Shown here: positions 56,601 to 64,000 of the stretch, piece after piece
Layout: the number at the start of each line of letters is the position of its first letter
How positions within the stretch are numbered: position 1 is the first letter of the stretch
From: the human T2T-CHM13v2.0 reference genome, Homo sapiens
Length of the DNA: 64,000 nucleotides
Strand: one strand, 5' to 3'
Assembly (NCBI RefSeq): GCF_009914755.1
Contig: NC_060925.1
Made by a program: the position numbers and the translations under genes
Notes under the pieces: generated by a model
Seen by the model: the letters and a program-made list of their open reading frames with translations, nothing else
Databases searched by the model: none
What the model was told of the DNA's origin: nothing

Positions 56601-57689
56601 TGGGTTATGGAGAAGCCAAGGAAGGCACATCAAGGGAGCGTGAGGTTCTGTTATTTCTCCATTGGAGACTTAAGAGAAGTGCTTTGGTTACGTAGGGGAG
56701 GAGATTCATGTTACTTGATTCTCTTAGTGGCACCCGAAGGTTTCTTGCTACTCTTCGTAGCAAATACTAGCTGTTTACCACTGACCAGAATGTGGTGGCT
56801 TTGCTCTAGGTTGGGGGACACGGGAGCAGACAGTGATCATCTTTATTACCTCATGGTCTAGTTACAGTGCATGGTACAGAGGTAATAATAAAGGTGATCG
56901 TGTCAGGTGGAGACCCTGCAGCAGATAGGATGATGGAAGGGGACCCAACTCTCCTGGATGAGGTAGGTGAATTAAACTGAAGGTTTGCCAGTTTCAGTGA
57001 ACAAGGTGCTTTTCCCTTGTATTGGGTTTCTATGACTTTTTTACCCATCTTTGTGTTTTGGTGGTGGTCAGCCCTGTATATTGCCACTTAGTTGATATGG
57101 ACTCCCATCTGCCTCTGACAGTTGCCTGCTGTGTGGCCTTGAGCATGTCATTGAACCTCTCTGGGTGTTAGTTTCTTCATCTGTAACATGAGAATAATAA
57201 CACTTCATAAATTCATTAGCAAGACTAAACATAATCATGCCTATGAAAGTGTGGTAGCCTCTAAAACATTACGCAAATAGCCAAGTATTATCATTATTTC
57301 TGTTAGTAATGAAACAATATATGCGTGTCAGATAATAAGGTAAAGCTCCAACTCCTGATCTTTTCAGGAGACTCTTTGCCTTTTTGCATTTTTTTTTCCC
57401 TTGCTAGGATACATAGAGTGGTAAGATATGTAGAAAGCAGAGTTCAGGGGAAAGTCAGAATGAGGCAGAGCTTCCAGGATAGTACTTTCTTGTTGATCTG
57501 TTATTTTTCTAAACCTTTTTCTTTTCTGTGTTGAAGCACAATGCCATTTTTTGAACTTCACCAATTGTTATCTCAGATATGGATATGCCTGAGGCCTGGG
57601 CAAGTCAGGGCAGTGCCACTCCAGTTTCAGAAAAGAAAGTGTGATGGGGTTCAGCAGGGGAATTGCTGTTGTACTTCATTAGCCAAGCT

Positions 57690-57850
57690 CAGTAATTCCA
57701 AGAATACCCCTGCGGGTGTGGGTGTTTATGAAATGCAGATTCACAGGCCTTGCCCCAGCAAATTTGATAGGAGTCTAGGAATCTGTATTTCACAAACACT
57801 GTCAATGAATCCCATGCCTGTGGTACTTACGTCACTTATTAGAAACTACC
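57690..57850. mobile_element. MER5-like fragment
   Basis: aaatgcagattcacaggcc...ctaggaatctgtatttcacaaac. Confidence 0.6.
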
Positions 57851-58799
57851 TCTTCCTTCACACTCTCTCCCATTCCCCTGTGGTCATGGTCTAGTTACTG
57901 GTCTTAAAGGTGATAACTCACTACTATTCAAGAGTAATTAAAATGCCACCAATGCCCTCACTTCATCAGCACATGGGTCCTGCACAAGACTGATTGTGCA
58001 CATTTTTAAAGCATTTTGTATTTTTTGACCGAGCTCTGTACTTATGATTTGTGTCATTTTCTATCTCTGTATTATGTGTTCAGAAAGTTTTTTATAATAG
58101 CACCGATATTGCTTTTATTAGTGGTACTGTGACATATGACTGAGACCCACAACCTTTTGGTCTATATTAAAAACCTACTGAAAAGTAAATAATTTGTAAA
58201 CTTTAACCACATAGACAAAGTGCATGAAGGGGACATGGAGAGAATAAAAATCTCTTACGGACATATGGTTTTCCAGTGGGCAGCTGCTATTTAAGAACTT
58301 TTAAGGTGCACATGAGTACACCTTTGTTAAAAGGTATAGCTTGTATAGTAATTCCGTTCTGGGGGTTGCGGAGAAGAGCAGGAGGGAGCACAGTGTGCCT
58401 TGCCCTGGCTGGCAGTATGAGACAATTACCACGATGAGGTTTTTTTTTTTAATGTTCTCCATATATAGATTAAAATGTTTGTTGCCTGAACTGGGCATGG
58501 AGAAGGCATCATAATGTGCACCTGAACATTCATGTAGGGTTTAGTGAGGAGAAAATAAGAGGATACCCTGAGCTCACATTCATGGGCATGGGCTCAAGCT
58601 TTTTCCAAAGTCACTGAGATGTCATTGTATTGACTCAGCCTTATTTGCATTACCTCATTCTGGTAGAACTGCTATGTTTATAGACATCATTTGGCATTTA
58701 CCCTTCCACATCAGAGCTTTCATATTGGAGTTGACTCTTCATTTTGAGTTGACCAAGGTGGGCTTCAGTATGAGTGAGTGTGTGCACTTGTACAGATAC

Positions 58800-59067
58800 A
58801 CCATAATCTAAGAATCACCCTACCCCCATGAACAGGGTGTCACGCATGTGCTTGACTGTGTGCTTCTACAGTGGCAGGTAGAGTGAATGCAGTGCAGGAA
58901 ATATCAGCCCTTTTCTAAAGCACTATGAAAATGAAAGGGGGAGGTGGTTGGGGGATGGAGAGGACAGAGGGGAAATCACTTCTTTGTCTAAAAGGGAAAT
59001 GCCAGGACCGTCCCTTCAGGTCTGTTAAGTGTCTATAGGATGAGGAGGAAAATTCTTCTTCTCGTTG
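58800..59067 (+). repeat. Dispersed duplication, copy B
   Basis: Direct repeat of 55735-55999. Confidence 0.95.
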
Positions 59068-59274
59068 ACATTGTGTAGGTCTGTGTGTATCTGCATATGC
59101 CTATATTCATTATGACTCATCATCTTACTCTCATGGTCTTTTGGAGATACTTTGTCTATTCTGGAGTGCAGAGGTAATTAACTTATGGTGCCAGCTCCAC
59201 TGATATCCAACCGTATATATCTTTGGATTTTTGAAAACTTGATGTTTGCAAATGTCTATTATTAAAAAAAAGAG

Positions 59275-59563
59275 AGAGACAAGGTCTCACTATGTTGTCA
59301 GGCAAGAGTGCTGTAGCTATTCACAGGCTCGATCCCACCATTGGTCAACACAGACTGCTCTGTGTCTGACCTGGGCTGGTTCACCCCTCCTTAGGCAACC
59401 TAGTGGTTCTCTGCTCCCAAGAGGTGATCATATTGACATCAAACTGAGTGTGGACACCCAATTGGCATAGCGCACTACAGCCCAGAATTCTTGGGCTGGA
59501 GTGATCCTGCTGCCTCAGCATCCCAAGTAGATGGGACCATAGGTGTATACCTCCATGCTGGGC
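59275..59563 (-). pseudogene. 7SL (SRP RNA) retropseudogene, near full length
   Basis: Reverse complement contains the S-domain absent from Alu (GGTTGCCTAAGGAGGGGTGAACC.GCCCAGGTC, GCCTGTGAATAGC, GGGCTGTAGTGCGCTATGCC) between Alu-domain ends. Confidence 0.93.
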
Positions 59564-60259
59564 TACAAAAATCTGTTCTTATCTTCTGTGCCTTTTTCTT
59601 GTTATTCTAAAAGGTGGAAAGCCGAGCAACTTCAGGATGGTGCTGTAAGCATTGTGAGTGAGAGGAGAATATATTTAGTTCATATGGCTGCCTTATGTGT
59701 AATGGATTACTGGGTATAGGTCCATGTATTGTTGATCTGTGGCATGACAGGCCTGGCAGAGGGACACAAACACATATGTACAAAATGGCTCCCTGCTCAT
59801 TACCACGAGCCTGAACTCATTTCAGCTGAGACGACCAGTTAGCCAACAGCCCAGGCGTACATGTGACAGCTTGGGTGTCTGCCCCTGCTGGTCATAGCTA
59901 CCGCTTCCGTCACTGGCTGTTAATCAGAATATGAGAAACTCTGGCCATTTCTACTGGCTGGACTCCGTGTGCTGCCTGAATCCAGGTGCATGCAGAGATG
60001 TTCTCAGATCTAAGAGAGGTCAGGAAGGGAAAGGGATGATTCCTCCTCCTACCTTTTCCTAAGTCCCTTCTCCACACATCCAATTGCACCCATGAGAACC
60101 GAACCACCATGTTGAATGGGGTCTGGCATTCAGAGCAACTTCCCTACAAATCTCTTTTTATTGGCATTTCCTCCAATTTAACCAGCCCTGAATTGCATTT
60201 GAATCAGATGAGAGAAAGAGAGGGAAGGAGAAGGGAGGAGGTCCCTCCCTCTCTTGGAA

Positions 60260-60700
60260 AAGCAGCTCACAACCAGCTTTATTTGGTAAAATGCTGCAAT
60301 AGATGCTTGTCAGAAATAATTTATTCCTGTTAGCTGTAATCTGAAGGAAAACAGATACAAGTCCTATAGTTAAAAAAAAAGTAAAGTAGTCTTGCTTTCG
60401 CTGACAGTACAAAGGTGTCATATACAAGAAGGATTGACACAGACCAAGGGGTCTTGTGGGAAATATGATAATAACTATAAAGAAGACAGATTATTCCCCA
60501 GTTGCCAACATTCAAACCTTTTTACAGTCAGTTCAAACATATAAAACTTTATTGCTCTAGCAGAAAGGGGAACAATTTCTGGTTGCACAGCTTTCCCAGG
60601 GCTGGGTTTATACTGTCTGTGTTATTGCTCTATAGTGGCATTTTAAAGTTTATTGAACAAGACTTTTACAATTGAAGGAAGTATATAAAACTGTAAATTT
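60260..60700. promoter_or_regulatory. Candidate enhancer with MEIS and SOX motif cluster
   Basis: TGACAG 60402-60407, ACAAAG 60409-60414, TGTCA 60416-60420, plus further TGACA/TGTCA and AACAAT nearby. Confidence 0.4.
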
Positions 60701-61286
60701 ATTAGATTTTTCAGGATAAGTGCCCTTTGTAGTTGTGCTCAAGAATTCGGAGCTATGAGAAACTGCTAGTTACAAGACTTATTAATATTAAAGACTGAGA
60801 GTACGCACATTTTATACCTTAACTGATCTCAAAAATAATATTATTATATTACTGAATGTCAGAGCTCTGATACTATAGAATTGGATGGATACACACACAT
60901 AGGACTATGTACCAGATGTGTTTATTTTTCACTGGCTAAAAAGTTAGCTTTCGTTATATCTTACTTTATTTGCTTTTAACACAGTTGGTCAGGGTATTCC
61001 TCTGTTCATTGAAGGATGTCTCAGGTAGATGTTTTTTCCTAAAATCCTTGCTGATTTTCCAGCATTTCTCAGTGTGTGGGTATAATGCAAGTACAAGTGT
61101 TAGGTTTTAAGAGCATATTTTATGGTGAAGTAATATATTGTTGCATTCACAAAAGCAACTATAACTTTGATAATCAAAATACTACCAAAAGGAGTTCTTG
61201 TTTTCCCCAGCTTCTCATTTTTCATTTCTTAAAGGTTTTGAGGGAAATCATTTGAGAAATTTTGTAACATTTGTGATAATCTATAA

Positions 61287-61504
61287 AAAGGTTTCTCAAC
61301 CTCAGCACTATTGACTTTTTGAGGCCAGATGATCCTTCATTATGGGGGCTGCCCTGTGTACCGTAAGCTGTTTAGCTGCATTCCTGGCTTCCACCCATAG
61401 ATGCCAGCAGCATCCCCACTCCCCCATTGTGAGAACCAAAAATGTCTCCAGACATTGCCAGATGTCTCCTGGGAGGCAAAATTATACCCAGTTGAGAACC
61501 ATTC
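61287..61504 (-). mobile_element. MER20 (hAT-Charlie)
   Basis: ggtttctcaacctcagcactattgac...aaaaatgtctccagacattgccagatgtc...ggcaaaat...gttgagaacca. Confidence 0.9.
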
Positions 61505-63640
61505 ATCTATACAGTATTATAATATGTCTGGGGAAAATACATTTTACTGTAAATAAATAATATAGGTTGTGTTTGGTAATTAAAAAATATATTGTTACTA
61601 AACAAGATGAATTACAGGATTATTTACTTGCAGAAATATCTGACTGTTGACTGCTTTTAAATAAGGTGTTTCCCCCAAAGAATGTAACATAGCTCAATCT
61701 TTAAAATTTTTCATATAAATTTTGGGGATCATATCACTATGAGGAAGGAGATGCCTTGCTTGCTTACTTAAGCCTCAGGACATGTGTTTATGGATATAAT
61801 CACTTATGAAACCAGACCTCATATTCTTTTTATATTATGTTATGATTAGCCACTGATATGTGTTTGCCTTTTTGATTTTTCACATGCATATGCAGAAACA
61901 TGTATATGTATATATTATGTGACTAACACAGTGAAGGATATGAAAAGTATGAAGACAATTTTGATTATAATTTTCTCATTTGACAAGTTCAATTTTGAGG
62001 TACCATCAACTTGCCTTTAATTTTCAATTTGTATTTTAGAATTCCTTAACCTCTTCAGAAGGTTTTCATGGTAGATACATTTAAAACATTCAAATAAGTT
62101 GTTTATAGCACCTGTTCACCTTCATGCTGCCTGATGTTATTCAAGTACCTATGTGTGAATGGCACTTTGATCTGGAATTCTGTGTTAATTTGTCTAGTGG
62201 CCATAGCATTTACAGAAATAAGCTAAAATGTTTTCAAAAGGACTTAAATTGTAATTGGCCTTTTGGTTTTTGATTGCTGAGTTTTGGAATTCTATGGTTG
62301 ATATAAAAAAAATCTAGACACTTGTGACTTACTAAGGAGTATCTTGAAAATGTCTCAATTCTGTTATTCAGTGGAACTACCATTCTCTTTTGCCCCTATG
62401 ACCTCTGATGGCTGAGCGGTGTTAGCCATATACTGTGTGTCTTTTCACCTCTTCTTGCCATCTCTGTGGGTCACTGGGCTCCTCTGGAAACTTCTGTAGG
62501 CAGGGCAGAGGTTTCCTTTTGTGTTTCCTTTTAGACCATGCCTTAAGAAGTATGGTGTGACTTCCTTTATTCACTAAATGTCTTTCTGATAAGCTGTGCA
62601 TGAATTATATGATTGGAAAGCAAATCATATTAGAATCCACTAGTGGAGTCTGGCTAGGATATCCATTGTAATCCTCCTAGTAAGTCATAAGATCTATTCA
62701 CAATCACCCCTTTAGTTATGCACGGTTTCCTTAAATCATAATATATCTTGTTAGAGTTTTTAAACTACTAATGTCCATTCTAGTATGGTGATATGTATGA
62801 TAGCTGTGTCCTGCCTGGATTCATGCAGTCACATATATATGATATACCTTTTTTTGAACATATGACAATATGCATAGCCCCTATTTGGTGAACTGTCTTC
62901 TCTACAAATTATAGCCTTGATGCTTTACAAGGTTAAATAACACAGTCTCTAATTTAAGTAACAGTGAGAACCAGGAAGATTTAAACAGTCTGAGTCAGGC
63001 ACACATAACCCTACCCTCAAAAGCACTCATAGCTAAGTGGGGGAATCTTGCTGAAGTCTTGTTAACTTCCTGGGTTTCAAAGTCCCACTTCCAGGTACCA
63101 TGGATGAGGCAGCAGGCATGCAATTACAGAAAAATAAACCTTTAGTCAAACAAAAGAAGCCACTGAAAGAACTGAAAACCCCTTCCTAGTCCCAGCTAAA
63201 TTCCCAGGGAAGATTTAGGACCTGTGTTTGTCCTGAGTTAGTGGATGGTCTTGGCCAGTTTGCCATCTGTAGTGGTGAGTTGAAAGGGACTGTGGGCTCT
63301 GGAGGCTGAAAGGGAGTGAGCAGGAACAACATGAAACAGCAAATGTCAGGGAAGTCAGTAAGCCCTGAATCTTTTATGAGACCTTGGATATTCTGATCAC
63401 AGCTCCGCTGGCATCGAGATTGGAATACAGATTATGGGAGGGAGCGTCTGTGACATGAAGCCCTGGCTTAAATCTTCCCAAGGTTTTAACGTGCCTTACC
63501 ATATGAATATTTTGTTATTTTATTTGGCAGTATTTCCACAGGAGGCCAGGAAGGAGAGCACTGAGTAAGCCAGGGGTAGGGCAAATCTAGAGATGGGAGA
63601 GATTAGAACAGTATTGTGGCTAATGAGACTAACACCACTG

Positions 63641-63642
<2 letters not shown>

Positions 63643-63704
<62 letters not shown>
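63643..63704. repeat. (GT)16(GA)15 compound microsatellite
   Basis: Read directly from the sequence. Confidence 0.96.
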
Positions 63705-63707
<3 letters not shown>

Positions 63708-64000
63708 TGCTGAATCCCCTGTAATCCTGTCTCATACAAGGCCCTGGTGCTAAAACCACTGTAACTGTTTATGAATTCACTCCAGCTACATAGTGAGAGG
63801 AAGGAAAGAGAATAAGAAGAACCCAATGCTGGAATGAATTTATGCTTAAGAGCTTGTCTCGGGAATGCAGCTGGGTTTAAGAGTCGCCAAGCCAAGACAC
63901 CCTTTTTGGGAAAAGGGAAAAGAAAAGCAAAGGAAGATAAAAACCCAGGAGACTGGAGGGACAGTGGGAGGAAGAGGAAAGAAAACGTGCTGCTCCCAGA

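Noticed and set aside
61287-61504. MER20 as a homology partner for TCF3 breakpoints
   Set aside because: MER20 is abundant and t(1;19) junctions are generally non-homologous; nothing in the sequence supports it.

Overview
This is human-type (primate) genomic DNA with no conventional protein-coding ORF. Every ORF in the supplied track is explained by Alu, microsatellite or chance sequence. The window is most likely inside the very large intron 2 of PBX1 (+ strand). The key evidence is a 27-nt exon with canonical splice sites at 42488-42514; in phase 1 it reads (D)ESVRSPGT(F), the peptide I recognise from memory as the recurrent 27-nt insert of variant TCF3(E2A)-PBX1 transcripts. The rest is a mosaic of repeats: ~17 Alus (one human-specific AluYb8), many MIRs, L1/L2 fragments, a THE1 solo LTR, MADE1, MER20, MER5, Tigger4, a 7SL retropseudogene and a ~1.7-kb fossil RTE-type LINE. 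These are interspersed with repeat-free, homeodomain/TALE-motif-rich blocks that look like conserved developmental enhancers. Less expected items are a candidate in-frame alternative first exon with an overlapping uORF (~7.8-8.04 kb), two dispersed local duplications of apparently unique DNA, a tailless Alu, a recombined Alu monomer, a sense-strand CCTG/CCTT tract and a strong CTCF motif. I see no prokaryotic-type system (no CRISPR or operon). The locus identity and repeat subfamily names come from recognition, not a search.
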